Source of the DNA: Acutalibacteraceae bacterium
GTDB lineage: Bacteria; Actinomycetota; Coriobacteriia; Coriobacteriales; Atopobiaceae
NCBI GenBank assembly: GCA_963639715.1
Contig: CAVHWW010000047.1
Location: 1 to 48,199 of the forward strand
DNA length: 48,199 nucleotides
Direction of reading: 5' to 3'
Shown here: piece after piece, positions 9,732 to 19,424 of the stretch
Layout of the letters: the number at the start of each line of letters is the position of its first letter
Numbering within the stretch: the first letter of the stretch is position 1
Translations under genes and position numbers: made by a program
Notes under the pieces: model-generated
What the model was told of the DNA's origin: nothing
The model's input: only the letters and a program-made list of their open reading frames with translations
The model's database searches: none

Positions 9732-10100
9732 ATGAACAAGCAGCAGGCAAAGCTCGCTGGCTTCAAGCGTCGCCAGCGTCGCGTCCGCTCCAAGATTACC
9801 GGCACCGCCGAGCGTCCGCGCCTGTCCGTGCACCGCACGAACTCCAACATCTACGCTCAGCTCATCAACGACGTCGAGGCCAAGACCATCTGCAGCGCCT
9901 CCACGCTCGATCCTGAGTTCCGCGCTGCTGGCAAGCTCGGCTCCAACAAGGAGGCCGCCGAGTTCGTCGGTAAGCTCATCGGTGAGCGCGCCCTCAAGGC
10001 CGGCGTCGACACCGTCACCTTCGACCGTGGTGGCTGCATCTACCACGGCCGTGTCAAGGCTCTCGCAGACGGCGCCCGCTCCGCGGGCCTGAAGTTCTAG
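9732..10100 (+). CDS. rplR: 50S ribosomal protein L18
   Basis: [32 protein letters not shown] 9732 after AAGGAG. Confidence 0.97.
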   Translation: MNKQQAKLAGFKRRQRRVRSKITGTAERPRLSVHRTNSNIYAQLINDVEAKTICSASTLDPEFRAAGKLGSNKEAAEFVGKLIGERALKAGVDTVTFDRGGCIYHGRVKALADGARSAGLKF

Positions 10101-10112
10101 GAGGTTTTAGTA

Positions 10113-10637
10113 ATGGCTCGTAACCAGAAGCAGCAGCGCGAAGCCTCCGAGCTTGAGGAGCGCGTCGTCTTCATCCACCGCGTGTCCAAGACCGTCAAGG
10201 GCGGTCGCCGCATGTCCCTCGTCGCCCTCGTGGTCGTCGGTGACGGCAAGGGCAACGTTGGCCTCGGCATGGGCAAGTCCGCTGAGGTGCCCCTGGCCAT
10301 CCAGAAGGCTTCCGACAACGCCAAGAAGAACATGTTCAAGGTGCCGCTGACCGAGACCGGCTCCATTCCCCACGACGTCATGGGTGAGTTCGGTGCTGCT
10401 CGCGTCCTCGTGAAGCCCGCCATCGAGGGTACCGGTGTTATCGCCGGCGGCCCCGTGCGTCCGCTCTTCGAGCTCGCTGGCATCAAGAACGTCCTGTCCA
10501 AGTCCATGGGTTCCAGCAACGGCCTCAACACCATCAAGGCCGCCGCTGAGGCCCTCAAGCAGCTCTCCAGCCCGGAGGAGACCGCCGCTCGTCGTGGTCT
10601 CACCGTCGCCGAGATGTTCGTCGGGAAGGAGAACTAA
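10113..10637 (+). CDS. rpsE: 30S ribosomal protein S5
   Basis: [26 protein letters not shown]. Confidence 0.98.
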   Translation: MARNQKQQREASELEERVVFIHRVSKTVKGGRRMSLVALVVVGDGKGNVGLGMGKSAEVPLAIQKASDNAKKNMFKVPLTETGSIPHDVMGEFGAARVLVKPAIEGTGVIAGGPVRPLFELAGIKNVLSKSMGSSNGLNTIKAAAEALKQLSSPEETAARRGLTVAEMFVGKEN

Positions 10638-10639
10638 CC

Positions 10640-10825
10640 ATGGCGAAGACCCTCAAGATCAAGCTCGTCAAGAGCCCTGTCTGTGGCGTCAAGAAGGACC
10701 AGACTGCCACCGTCCGCGCCCTTGGTCTCCACAAGGTCAACAGCGTCGTCGAGCAGCCTGACAACGAGAGCATCCGTGGGATGATCTTCAAGGTCAAGCA
10801 CCTCGTCACCGTGGAAGAGATTTAG
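10640..10825 (+). CDS. rpmD: 50S ribosomal protein L30
   Basis: [20 protein letters not shown]; operon order. Confidence 0.95.
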   Translation: MAKTLKIKLVKSPVCGVKKDQTATVRALGLHKVNSVVEQPDNESIRGMIFKVKHLVTVEEI

Positions 10826-10835
10826 GAGTCACCCC

Positions 10836-11285
10836 ATGCAGCTTCACGATCTGCGTCCCAACGAGGGCGCTAAGAAGGCCCGCAAGCGTATCGGTCGCGG
10901 CAACGGCTCCGGCCACGGCACCACTGCCGGTCGCGGCACCAAGGGTCAGCTCTCCCGCTCTGGTGGCGGCAAGGGCGCCGGCTTCGAGGGCGGCCAGCAG
11001 CCGCTCGCGATGCGTCTCCCGAAGCTCCCCGGCTTCAAGAACCGCAACCGCGTCGAGTACGCTCCGGTCAACGTCTCCCGTCTCGAGGAGAAGTTCAACG
11101 ATGGCGATGTCGTCGACACCCAGAGCCTCGTTGCCGCTGGCATCATCAAGCGCGAGTACGAGCTCGTCAAGGTTCTTGGCGACGGCGAGATCACCAAGAA
11201 GCTCACCGTCAAGGTGGACAAGGTTTCCCCCGCCGCCCAGGCCAAGATTGAGGCCGCCGGCGGAAAGGTAGAGCTCCCGTGCTAA
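10836..11285 (+). CDS. rplO: 50S ribosomal protein L15
   Basis: GRGNGSGHGTTAGRGTKGQ, GFEGGQQPL. Confidence 0.98.
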   Translation: MQLHDLRPNEGAKKARKRIGRGNGSGHGTTAGRGTKGQLSRSGGGKGAGFEGGQQPLAMRLPKLPGFKNRNRVEYAPVNVSRLEEKFNDGDVVDTQSLVAAGIIKREYELVKVLGDGEITKKLTVKVDKVSPAAQAKIEAAGGKVELPC

Positions 11286-12568
11286 ACGGTTTCCTCAACG
11301 CGTTCCGCGTAAAGGAGCTCCGTAGCAAGATCCTGCTGACGCTCGGCATTCTCGTGCTCTACAGGATCGGGGCCTACATCCCTGTGCCAGGCATTCCCTT
11401 CTCGGGCATGCTCTCGGCCTACCAGTCGAGCTCCAGCGCCAACAGCGCTATTGCCGTGCTGAACCTGTTCAGCGGCGGCGCGCTGTCCCGCGTCTCGGTG
11501 TTCTGCCTCGGTATCATGCCCTACATCACGGCCCAGATCATCATGCAGATGCTCCAGGCCGTGGTTCCCAGCCTCGGCACTCTCGCCCGCGAGGGCGAGA
11601 GTGGCCAGCGCAAGGTCACGCAGTACACGCGCTACCTCACCGTTGCGCTCGCTCTGCTGAACTCCGTTGGCTACCTGTTCCTCTTCAAGAGCTCGAGCTT
11701 CGGCATCGATTTCTCTGAGGCGGGTATGCCGGGCTGGATCATGGACATCGTCGTTGTCGTGACCATGCTGGCCGGCGCCATCCTCATTATGTGGATGGGC
11801 GAGGTCATCACCCAGCGCGGCATCGGCAATGGCATGAGCCTGATCATCTTCGCGAACATCATCTCGGGCCTGCCCACCTCGATCGTTCAGTCGCTGAGCA
11901 CCGCCGAGAACGGCGTGCTGCTCACCGTTCTGATCGTTGTGGTCATCGTCGCGGTCGTTCCCTTCATCGTCTACATCGAGCGCGGCCAGCGCCGCATCCC
12001 GGTGCAGTACGCAAAGCGTGTCGTCGGTCGTCGCATCATGGGCGGTCAGGCTACGTATCTGCCGATCAAGGTCAACACCGCCGGCGTCGTTCCGATTATC
12101 TTCGCGAGCGCCATCCTGTACTTCCCGGCTCAGATTGCGGTCTTCTTCCCCAACGTGGGTTGGATCACCGCCTTCGCTAACGCCGTGAGCTCCGGTTGGC
12201 TCAACTGGGTGCTGTCTGTTCTCCTCATCGTGGGCTTTGCCTACTTCTACACCTCCATGGTGTTCAACCCTGATGAGACAGCCGACACCCTCCGTAAGCA
12301 GGGCGGCTTCATCCCCGGTGTTCGTCCGGGCGCTGCCACTGCTGCCTACATCAAGAACGTGCTGAACCACATCACGCTTCCCGGCGCCATCTTCATCGCC
12401 GTGGTCGCTGTGGTTCCGTCGATCGTCTTCACCGTCACGGGCAACTCGCTCGTGCAGTCCTTCGGCGGCACGTCCATCCTCATCATGGTTGGCGTCGCTC
12501 TGGACACGCTCTCCCAGATCGAGAGCCAGCTCAAGACCGCCAACTACGAGGGCCTCTTCATTAAGTAG
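11279..12568 (+). CDS. secY: Preprotein translocase subunit SecY
   Basis: LGIMPYITAQII, GIGNGMSLIIF, RRIPVQYAKR, GGFIPGVRPG; multiple TM segments; GTG start overlapping rplO. Confidence 0.98.
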   Translation: MLNGFLNAFRVKELRSKILLTLGILVLYRIGAYIPVPGIPFSGMLSAYQSSSSANSAIAVLNLFSGGALSRVSVFCLGIMPYITAQIIMQMLQAVVPSLGTLAREGESGQRKVTQYTRYLTVALALLNSVGYLFLFKSSSFGIDFSEAGMPGWIMDIVVVVTMLAGAILIMWMGEVITQRGIGNGMSLIIFANIISGLPTSIVQSLSTAENGVLLTVLIVVVIVAVVPFIVYIERGQRRIPVQYAKRVVGRRIMGGQATYLPIKVNTAGVVPIIFASAILYFPAQIAVFFPNVGWITAFANAVSSGWLNWVLSVLLIVGFAYFYTSMVFNPDETADTLRKQGGFIPGVRPGAATAAYIKNVLNHITLPGAIFIAVVAVVPSIVFTVTGNSLVQSFGGTSILIMVGVALDTLSQIESQLKTANYEGLFIK

Positions 12569-12593
12569 CCTTCAGGCGAGATGAGATTTTGCG

Positions 12594-12629
12594 GGGCCGC
12601 TGCCTTCGGGCGGCGGCCCTTCTCTTTTT
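12594..12629 (+). terminator. Terminator-like hairpin between secY and adk
   Basis: 11-bp GC stem with cUUCGg loop followed by TTCTCTTTTT. Confidence 0.7.
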
Positions 12630-12681
12630 GCGGTAGGCTTGCAAGAGCGACCGCGCCGTCAGGCGCAGAAAGAAGGAATCC

Positions 12682-13308
12682 ATGAACATCGTTTTGCTCG
12701 GAGCTCCCGGTGCTGGCAAGGGCACCCAGGCCCAGAAGCTCGTCGAGGAGTTCGGCGTTGCCCACATCTCCACCGGCGATCTGCTTCGTGCCGCCGTCAA
12801 GGCTGGCACCAAGCTCGGCGTGAAGGCCAAGGAGTACATGGACAACGGTCAGCTCGTCCCCGACAAGCTCGTCGTTGACCTCGTGCTCGAGCGCCTCGCT
12901 GCCGATGACGCCAAGAAGGGCTTCATTCTCGACGGCTTCCCGCGCAACACCGCCCAGGCCGTTACGCTCGACTCCGCCCTCGCTGAGTCTGGCGTGAAGC
13001 TCGATGCCGCTCTGCTCGTTGACGTGGCCTCCGAGGTCATCGTCAAGCGTCTGTCCTCCCGCCGCACCTGCAAGGACTGCGGCTACACCGCGCCTGCCGG
13101 CGTTGACGTGTGCCCCTCCTGCCACGGTGAGATGTATCAGCGCGACGACGACAAGCCCGAGACCATTCAGAAGCGCCTTGACGTCTACGAGTCCCAGACT
13201 GCCCCGCTCGTTGAGTACTACAAGGGCAAGGGCCTGCTCGTGAGCGTCGACGGTGACCGTCCGGTCGACGAGGTCTACACCGACGTGAAGCAGCTGCTCT
13301 CCCTATGA
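12682..13308 (+). CDS. adk: Adenylate kinase with zinc-binding LID
   Basis: GAPGAGKGTQA P-loop, HISTGDLLR, GFILDGFPR, CxxC-x10-CxxC. Confidence 0.98.
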   Translation: MNIVLLGAPGAGKGTQAQKLVEEFGVAHISTGDLLRAAVKAGTKLGVKAKEYMDNGQLVPDKLVVDLVLERLAADDAKKGFILDGFPRNTAQAVTLDSALAESGVKLDAALLVDVASEVIVKRLSSRRTCKDCGYTAPAGVDVCPSCHGEMYQRDDDKPETIQKRLDVYESQTAPLVEYYKGKGLLVSVDGDRPVDEVYTDVKQLLSL

Positions 13309-14144
13309 TCAAGATCAAGACTCCCGAGCAGATTGAGGCGATGAAGCAGGCTGGAGCCCTCTCTAAGCTTGCGCTTCGTCGTGTTGGCGAGGCCATCAAG
13401 CCCGGCGTGAGCACACTCGAGCTCGATGCCATTGCCGAGCAGGTCATCCGTGGTGCTGGCGGCGTGCCCGCCTTCAAGGGATACGGTGGCTTCCCCGGAA
13501 GCATCTGCTGCTCGGTGAACGGTGAGATTGTTCACGGCATCCCGAGCGCCACGCGCAAGCTTGCCGAAGGCGACGTTGTCTCCATCGACACGGGCGCCAT
13601 TGTCGACGGCTGGGTGGGCGACAACGCCTGGACCTTCTACTGCGGAAACGTCTCCAGCAACGACAAGGCGCTCTGCGAGGTCACGCGTGACTGCCTCATC
13701 GCCGGCATTAACGCCGCCGTACCCGGTAACCGCATTGGCGACATCGGCCATGCTGTTCAGGAGCTTGCCGAAGCCGCTGGTTATGGGGTTGTTCGTGACT
13801 ACGTGGGTCACGGTGTTGGCCGCGATATGCACGAGGAGCCCAACGTCCCCAACTATGGCAAGGCCGGACGTGGCGTGAAGCTCCACGTGGGCATGGTCAT
13901 CGCCATCGAGCCCATGATCTGCATGGGCGGCTACGAGAGCCACGTGCTTCCTAACCGCTGGACGGTCGTCACCAACGACGGTCTGAACGCGGCCCACTAT
14001 GAGAACACCATCGCCATCACCGAGGATGGTCCGGTCATTCTCACGCAGGACACCCAGGGTCCATGGTGTGCGATGCAGGGCGGCAAGGCCGTGGTCCAGC
14101 AGGCGAACGAAGCAGAACAGGCCGAGGCTCCCGAGCAGGAGTAG
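13305..14144 (+). CDS. map: Type I methionine aminopeptidase
   Basis: SVNGEIVHGIP, GHGVG..MHEEP, AIEPM, AAHYENT. Confidence 0.97.
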   Translation: MIKIKTPEQIEAMKQAGALSKLALRRVGEAIKPGVSTLELDAIAEQVIRGAGGVPAFKGYGGFPGSICCSVNGEIVHGIPSATRKLAEGDVVSIDTGAIVDGWVGDNAWTFYCGNVSSNDKALCEVTRDCLIAGINAAVPGNRIGDIGHAVQELAEAAGYGVVRDYVGHGVGRDMHEEPNVPNYGKAGRGVKLHVGMVIAIEPMICMGGYESHVLPNRWTVVTNDGLNAAHYENTIAITEDGPVILTQDTQGPWCAMQGGKAVVQQANEAEQAEAPEQE

Positions 14145-14298
14145 GTTCGGGCGTGGGGAAGGCCAACTTGGCTAGCGCGCCGGGTGATACACAGGCCCCA
14201 AGGACGCTGCCCGATTGCGCCTTCGAACCGCCCATGGCCCTGCTTTGGCACCCTTCTCGGGCGCCAAAAATAAAACTTGTGGAGAAACCCACGCTATG

Positions 14299-14328
14299 TG
14301 GACATGGCGTGGGTTTCTCCTATATGAT
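14299..14328 (+). promoter_or_regulatory. Putative promoter for infA-rpmJ-alpha cluster
   Basis: TGGACA, 18 bp, TATGAT; A-tract upstream (14266-14275); largely inside a 40-bp inverted repeat. Confidence 0.5.
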
Positions 14329-14370
14329 GTTCAGTCGCTGTGTCATGTGTCGAGGAGAAGGTAGCACGCA

Positions 14371-14589
14371 GTGAGCAAACAGGACGCAATCGAGCTCGAA
14401 GGCAAGGTTCTCGAGCCGCTGCCAAACGCGATGTTCAACGTCGAGCTTGAGAATGGCCACACCATTCTCTGCACCATCTCGGGCAAGATTCGTATGAACT
14501 ACATCCGAATCCTTCCCGGCGACAAGGTCGTTGTCGAGATTTCGCCGTACGACCTCCAGCGCGGGCGCATCACCTACCGTTACAAGTAG
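14371..14589 (+). CDS. infA: Translation initiation factor IF-1
   Basis: [32 protein letters not shown] start. Confidence 0.98.
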   Translation: MSKQDAIELEGKVLEPLPNAMFNVELENGHTILCTISGKIRMNYIRILPGDKVVVEISPYDLQRGRITYRYK

Positions 14590-14725
14590 GGCCCGTACGC
14601 GGCATAGCCGCACGGCCTTCGGGCCACACCGCGCCGGCCTCGTGCCAGCGCATTTCAGCCTTGGATATTCTCGCCAGCGGCTGGGCGTTCATATAGGAAA
14701 GCAAGACACACCGAGAGGAAGAACG

Positions 14726-14839
14726 ATGAAAGTACGTCCTTCGGTCAAGAAGATGTGCGATAAGTGCAAGGTCATCCGTCGCCACGGTAAGGTGTACGTG
14801 ATCTGCGAGAACCCGCGCCACAAGCAGCGTCAGGGCTAG
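14726..14839 (+). CDS. rpmJ: 50S ribosomal protein L36 (zinc-ribbon type)
   Basis: [14 protein letters not shown]...[11 protein letters not shown], 37 aa. Confidence 0.97.
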   Translation: MKVRPSVKKMCDKCKVIRRHGKVYVICENPRHKQRQG

Positions 14840-14853
14840 GAGAGGAGCACAAG

Positions 14854-15225
14854 TTGGCCCGTATTAACGGCGTCGACCTCCCGCGCGAGAAGCGCGTCGA
14901 GATCGGACTCACCTACATTTTTGGCATCGGCCGCACCCGCGCCACCAAGATTTGCGCCGAGACCGGCGTTGATCCCTCCACTCGTGTCAAGGATCTGACC
15001 GAGGACGAGGTCACCAAGATTCGTGACTTCATTGATGCTAACTACACGACCGAGGGCGACCTTCGTCGTGAGACCCGCCAGAACATCGCCCGCCTGATGG
15101 AGATCGGCTGCTACCGCGGCCTCCGTCACCGCAAGGGCCTCCCCGTCCGTGGTCAGCGCACGCACACCAACGCTCGCACCCGCAAGGGCAAGAAGCGTCA
15201 GGTCGGCGGCAAGAAGAAGAAGTAG
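14854..15225 (+). CDS. rpsM: 30S ribosomal protein S13
   Basis: [38 protein letters not shown] start. Confidence 0.98.
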   Translation: MARINGVDLPREKRVEIGLTYIFGIGRTRATKICAETGVDPSTRVKDLTEDEVTKIRDFIDANYTTEGDLRRETRQNIARLMEIGCYRGLRHRKGLPVRGQRTHTNARTRKGKKRQVGGKKKK

Positions 15226-15238
15226 GGGAGACTGACTA

Positions 15239-15646
15239 ATGGCTACTGCTAAGAAGGGCGCCCAGAACCGCGGGCGCATCAAGCGTGCCGACCGCAAGAA
15301 CATCTCCGTCGGTCAGGCCCACATCAAGAGCACCTTCAACAACACGATCATCTCGATCACCGACCCCCAGGGCAACGTGATTTCCTGGCGCTCCGCCGGT
15401 ATGGTCGGCTTCAAGGGCTCCCGTAAGTCCACGCCGTTCGCCGCTCAGATGGCTGCCGAGGCTTGCGCCAAGGAGGCCATGGAGCACGGCGTCCACAAGG
15501 TGTCCGTCTTCGTCAAGGGCCCCGGTTCGGGCCGCGAGACGGCCATCCGCTCCCTCCAGGCTGCTGGCCTCGAGGTTTCGAGCATCCAGGACAAGACCCC
15601 CATCGCGCACAACGGTTGCCGTCCGTGCAAGCGTCGCCGCGTGTAG
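15239..15646 (+). CDS. rpsK: 30S ribosomal protein S11
   Basis: [33 protein letters not shown]. Confidence 0.98.
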   Translation: MATAKKGAQNRGRIKRADRKNISVGQAHIKSTFNNTIISITDPQGNVISWRSAGMVGFKGSRKSTPFAAQMAAEACAKEAMEHGVHKVSVFVKGPGSGRETAIRSLQAAGLEVSSIQDKTPIAHNGCRPCKRRRV

Positions 15647-15665
15647 GTAAGGAAGGAATCTAACT

Positions 15666-16259
15666 ATGGCAGTGGATAGGACTCCTGTCCTTAAGAGGTG
15701 CCGCGCGCTCGACATTGACCCGATCGTGATGGGCATCAACAAGAAGTCGAACCGCCAGCCCAAGCGCCAGCGTCGTCAGGAGAGCGAGTACGGCCGTCAG
15801 CTCCGCGAGAAGCAGAAGGCCAAGTTCATCTACGGCGTGCTTGAGAAGCAGTTCCACATGTACTACGACAAGGCTCTTAAGCTCGAGGGCATCACTGGTG
15901 ACAACCTGATGACCATCCTCGAGAGCCGCCTTGACAACGTCGTGTTCCGTCTTGGCTTCGCCCGCACCCGCAAGGAGGCCCGTCAGACCGTCCGTCACGG
16001 CCACATCACCGTGAACGGCCGTCGCGTCGACATCCCCTCCTACCGCGTTAAGGCCGGCGACGTCGTCGCCGTGGGCGCCAAGTACAAGGATCTCCTCCCC
16101 ATCAAGGAGGCTCTGATCTCCTCCGAGCACATGGCCGTTCCGGCTTGGCTCGAGGTCGACATCGAGAAGCTCCAGGGCACCGTCCTCCAGCTCCCGACGC
16201 GCGATCAGATCGACCTTGATATCGACGCCCAGCTCATCGTCGAGCTCTACTCCAAGTAG
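15666..16259 (+). CDS. rpsD: 30S ribosomal protein S4 (short, no zinc ribbon)
   Basis: SEYGRQLREKQK, LESRLDNVVFRLG, LIVELYSK. Confidence 0.97.
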   Translation: MAVDRTPVLKRCRALDIDPIVMGINKKSNRQPKRQRRQESEYGRQLREKQKAKFIYGVLEKQFHMYYDKALKLEGITGDNLMTILESRLDNVVFRLGFARTRKEARQTVRHGHITVNGRRVDIPSYRVKAGDVVAVGAKYKDLLPIKEALISSEHMAVPAWLEVDIEKLQGTVLQLPTRDQIDLDIDAQLIVELYSK

Positions 16260-16281
16260 TAGAGACCGGTTGGAGGTTTCT

Positions 16282-17223
16282 ATGTCCGATTTCATCCGAC
16301 CCACCGTGTCGGTAGAAGAGGTCAGCGAGAATGTCGCTCGCGTCGTGGCCGAGCCGCTTGAGCACGGCTATGGCGACACGCTCGGCAACTCGCTTCGCCG
16401 CGTGCTGCTCTCCTCTCTCGAGGGCGCCGCTGTGGAGGCCATCCAGATCGACGGTGTGCAGCACGAGTTCACGACTGTCGACGGCGTCTACGAGGACGTC
16501 ACTGACATCGTTCTGAACGTCAAGGGCCTTGCTTTCAAGAGCCTTGGCGTTGGCGACGAGGCCACGGCCACCATCTCCATCGATGGCCCGGCTACCGTCA
16601 CCGGCGGCGACTTCGACATTCCGACGGAGTTCACGCTGGTCAACCCCGAGCACGTCATCTGCACCCTCGGCGAGGGCTCTCACCTCACGATGTCCATGCG
16701 CATCGGCACCGGTCGCGGCTACGTCTCCGGCGAGGACAACGAGCGTGACGACGACCCCATCGGTCTCATTCACGTCGACTCCCTCTTCTCGCCCGTGACC
16801 CGCTGCGCCAAGGCCGTCGAGCCCTGCCGTGTCGGTCAGCACACCGACTACGATCGTCTCGTCCTTGAGATCGAGACGAACGGCGGTGTCTCTCCGCGCG
16901 AGGCCGTCGTCGAGGCCGCCAACATCATCAACCAGCACATGACTGCGTTCATGGCGCTCACCGATGATGACGAGCCGGTCGAGGACACGTCGATCTTCGC
17001 CGCTGGCCAGACCGACGACAACACCGAGCTTGACAAGCAGATCGAGGACCTGGACCTGTCCGTGCGCTCCTACAATTGCCTGAAGCGCGCTGGCATCCAC
17101 TCCGTCCGTCAGCTCGTCGAGTTCTCCGAGAACGACCTGCTCAACATCCGCAACTTCGGCGTCAAGTCGATCGAGGAAGTCAAGGACAAGCTCGACGAGA
17201 TGGGCCTGAGCTTCAAGGCCTAG
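16282..17223 (+). CDS. rpoA: DNA-directed RNA polymerase subunit alpha
   Basis: EPLEHGYGDTLGNSLRRVLLSSL, LSVRSYNCLKRAGI; ATG 16282 after GGAGG. Confidence 0.98.
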   Translation: MSDFIRPTVSVEEVSENVARVVAEPLEHGYGDTLGNSLRRVLLSSLEGAAVEAIQIDGVQHEFTTVDGVYEDVTDIVLNVKGLAFKSLGVGDEATATISIDGPATVTGGDFDIPTEFTLVNPEHVICTLGEGSHLTMSMRIGTGRGYVSGEDNERDDDPIGLIHVDSLFSPVTRCAKAVEPCRVGQHTDYDRLVLEIETNGGVSPREAVVEAANIINQHMTAFMALTDDDEPVEDTSIFAAGQTDDNTELDKQIEDLDLSVRSYNCLKRAGIHSVRQLVEFSENDLLNIRNFGVKSIEEVKDKLDEMGLSFKA

Positions 17224-17254
17224 CCGCCACACATTCGCATAGGAGTAACAGACT

Positions 17255-17737
17255 ATGAGGCACTACAAGAAGAGCGGGATGAAGCTTGGCACCGACGCCA
17301 GCCACACCAAGGCCATTAAGAAGAGCCTTGTTCAGGCGCTGCTTGCCAACGACCGCATCAAGACGACCCTGCCGCGCGCCAAGGCTATCCGCGGCGAGGT
17401 TGACCGTGTTGTCACCTGGGCCAAGAAGGGCGACCTGCACTCCCGTCGTCTCGCCATCGCCAAGGTTGGCGACAAGGAGCTCGTCCGCGAGGTCTTCGAG
17501 AAGGCCGCGCAGGGCATGTGGGCTGACCGCAACGGCGGCTACACCCGCATCATGAAGCTCGGCCCCCGCAAGGGCGACAACGCCGAGGTTGTCATCATGG
17601 AGATGGTGACCGAGCCCGTGACCCCCAAGGCCAAGGCCGCCAAGACCGAGGTCAAGAAGGTCGAGAAGGTCGAGGAGCCCAAGGCTGAGGAGGCCGTTGA
17701 GGCTGAGGCCGAGACCACCGAGGAGAGCGCCGAGTAG
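17255..17737 (+). CDS. rplQ: 50S ribosomal protein L17 with acidic C-terminal tail
   Basis: RIKTTLPRAK, DRNGGYTRIMKLGPRKGDNA. Confidence 0.97.
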   Translation: MRHYKKSGMKLGTDASHTKAIKKSLVQALLANDRIKTTLPRAKAIRGEVDRVVTWAKKGDLHSRRLAIAKVGDKELVREVFEKAAQGMWADRNGGYTRIMKLGPRKGDNAEVVIMEMVTEPVTPKAKAAKTEVKKVEKVEEPKAEEAVEAEAETTEESAE

Positions 17738-17774
17738 GCACTCGAGGCTTTCGAGCTTTCGGATAGTACTATCG

Positions 17775-17806
17775 AAGGGACCTGCCACGAGCAGGTCCCT
17801 TTCTTT
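17775..17806 (+). terminator. Intrinsic terminator at end of alpha cluster
   Basis: AAGGGACCTGC/GCAGGTCCCTT stem followed by TCTTT. Confidence 0.8.
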
Positions 17807-17834
17807 ATGTCGATTGACGCCCGCGGAGGAGCGC

Positions 17835-19424
17835 TTGCTGAAGGCCGAAGACATATGGTTTGCCTACGTGCCGGGCGCTGATGCTTATGCCGTACGAGGG
17901 GTTTCTCTCGATGTCTCGCCCGGCGAGGTCGTTGCACTCGTGGGGCCGAACGGGTGTGGCAAGTCGACGCTTGTGCGTGTGCTGGCTGGTTCGCTGCCGC
18001 TTCAGAGGGGTCGTATAGAGGCGGACGGCGCGTTGGGCGAGGGCGAGCCGGGCTGTTGCGCTGTGGGCTATGTGCGACAGGACCCAAAGAGCCAACTTGT
18101 TGCTCCCGTTGTGTTTGATGAGGTTGCGTTTGGCCCCTGCAATCTGGGGCTTCCTGTTGCTGAGGTTGAGCGGCGCGTCCATGAGGCTTTGAAGTTGGTT
18201 GGGCTTGTGGGCTATGAAGACCGCCTGGCAGATACGCTCTCGGGCGGTGAGCAGCAGCGTTTGGCCCTGGCCGGAGTGCTTGCTAATAGGCCAAGTTACC
18301 TTGTTCTCGATGAGGTCACCTCGTTTCTTGATGAGGGAGCGAGATGCGATATTCGCTCGCTTATCCGTAGGCTTTCAGATGCGGGCACGGGGATTCTGCT
18401 TGTTACCCATAACGCTGATGATGTGCTGTGCTGCGACCGCGTGGTCGCGATGAATCGCGGGCTTGTCGTGTGGAACGGCGGGCCGAGGGACGCGGTCGCG
18501 AGGAAAGGTCCGTCGCCTTCTGACGCGCGTCACCTCGCGAAGGAGTCGATTGAGCCGGAGGCTGCTGGCTGCGTGGAAGGGCCAAACGAGCCGACAGGCG
18601 CCGCCCCCACCTTGAATGCGCGAGGTGCCAAGCCTGTCCTGGTGGCTCGCGACCTTACCGTCTTGTTCAATGAGCGGGAGCTTCTCTCTCGCGTCTCGCT
18701 GGATGTGAGGCCAGGCGAGCTGCTGCTCGTTACGGGGCCTTCCGGTTCGGGCAAGACGACGCTGGCGCGTGTGCTTGCCGGTGTTCTTGCGCCCGATGGG
18801 GGAGAGGCGAGGATTACCTGCGCCGGTAGAGAGCCTGAGCCTGTGCGGCCTGGCATGGTGGGGCTCTGCCTGCAGCGTCCGGAAGAGCAGTTTGTTCGTG
18901 CGACCGTGATCGATGATGTGGCTTTAGCGCCCGAGAACATGGGGGCAAGCCATGAGGAGGTCCGAGAGCGTGCCGAAGAGACGCTTCGCTGGCTGGGTGT
19001 GCCCAAGGACCTGTGGGAAGCTTCGCTATGGGGCCTTTCCGGTGGAGAAGCTCGGCTCGTGGCCATTGCGGGCGTGGTGGCGCAGGGGTCGGAGGTCGTT
19101 ATCTTGGATGAGCCCACAGCCGGGCTCGACGGCGAGGCTTCCGGGCGTGTCTGCGAGGTCGCGCGAGCGCTTGCAGATGCGGGCCGTGCCGTCGTGGTTG
19201 TCTCTCACGACTTGGGGGAGTGGCTACCCGTTGCCGATAGGGTCGCGTTGCTTCGCGAGGGCAGTCTCGTTTGGAGTGGTCCGGTGGGGGCGCTGGAGCG
19301 CGAAGTCGCAGATGGCCTCGCTAGCGACGCTGGCAAGGACCTCGCAAGCGACGCTGACAAGGCCCTCGTTTCGCCATCCCCATGGCGGATTCGCTCCGCA
19401 ATCTGGCGGGGTGAGGGCCAATGA
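17835..19424 (+). CDS. ECF transporter ATPase with two fused ABC domains (EcfA-EcfA' type)
   Basis: Two Walker A motifs (GPNGCGKS, GPSGSGKT), two LSGGE signatures, EVAFGP motif; TTG start after GGAGGAG; next to ecfT-truA. Confidence 0.88.
   Translation: MLKAEDIWFAYVPGADAYAVRGVSLDVSPGEVVALVGPNGCGKSTLVRVLAGSLPLQRGRIEADGALGEGEPGCCAVGYVRQDPKSQLVAPVVFDEVAFGPCNLGLPVAEVERRVHEALKLVGLVGYEDRLADTLSGGEQQRLALAGVLANRPSYLVLDEVTSFLDEGARCDIRSLIRRLSDAGTGILLVTHNADDVLCCDRVVAMNRGLVVWNGGPRDAVARKGPSPSDARHLAKESIEPEAAGCVEGPNEPTGAAPTLNARGAKPVLVARDLTVLFNERELLSRVSLDVRPGELLLVTGPSGSGKTTLARVLAGVLAPDGGEARITCAGREPEPVRPGMVGLCLQRPEEQFVRATVIDDVALAPENMGASHEEVRERAEETLRWLGVPKDLWEASLWGLSGGEARLVAIAGVVAQGSEVVILDEPTAGLDGEASGRVCEVARALADAGRAVVVVSHDLGEWLPVADRVALLREGSLVWSGPVGALEREVADGLASDAGKDLASDADKALVSPSPWRIRSAIWRGEGQ

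Noticed and set aside
17762..17773. 12-bp palindrome GATAGTACTATC after rplQ
   Set aside because: Single short instance beside the terminator; not enough support for a function
17697..17834. N-terminal extension of the ECF ATPase in the ORF track
   Set aside because: Overlaps rplQ and its terminator; RBS supports TTG at 17835
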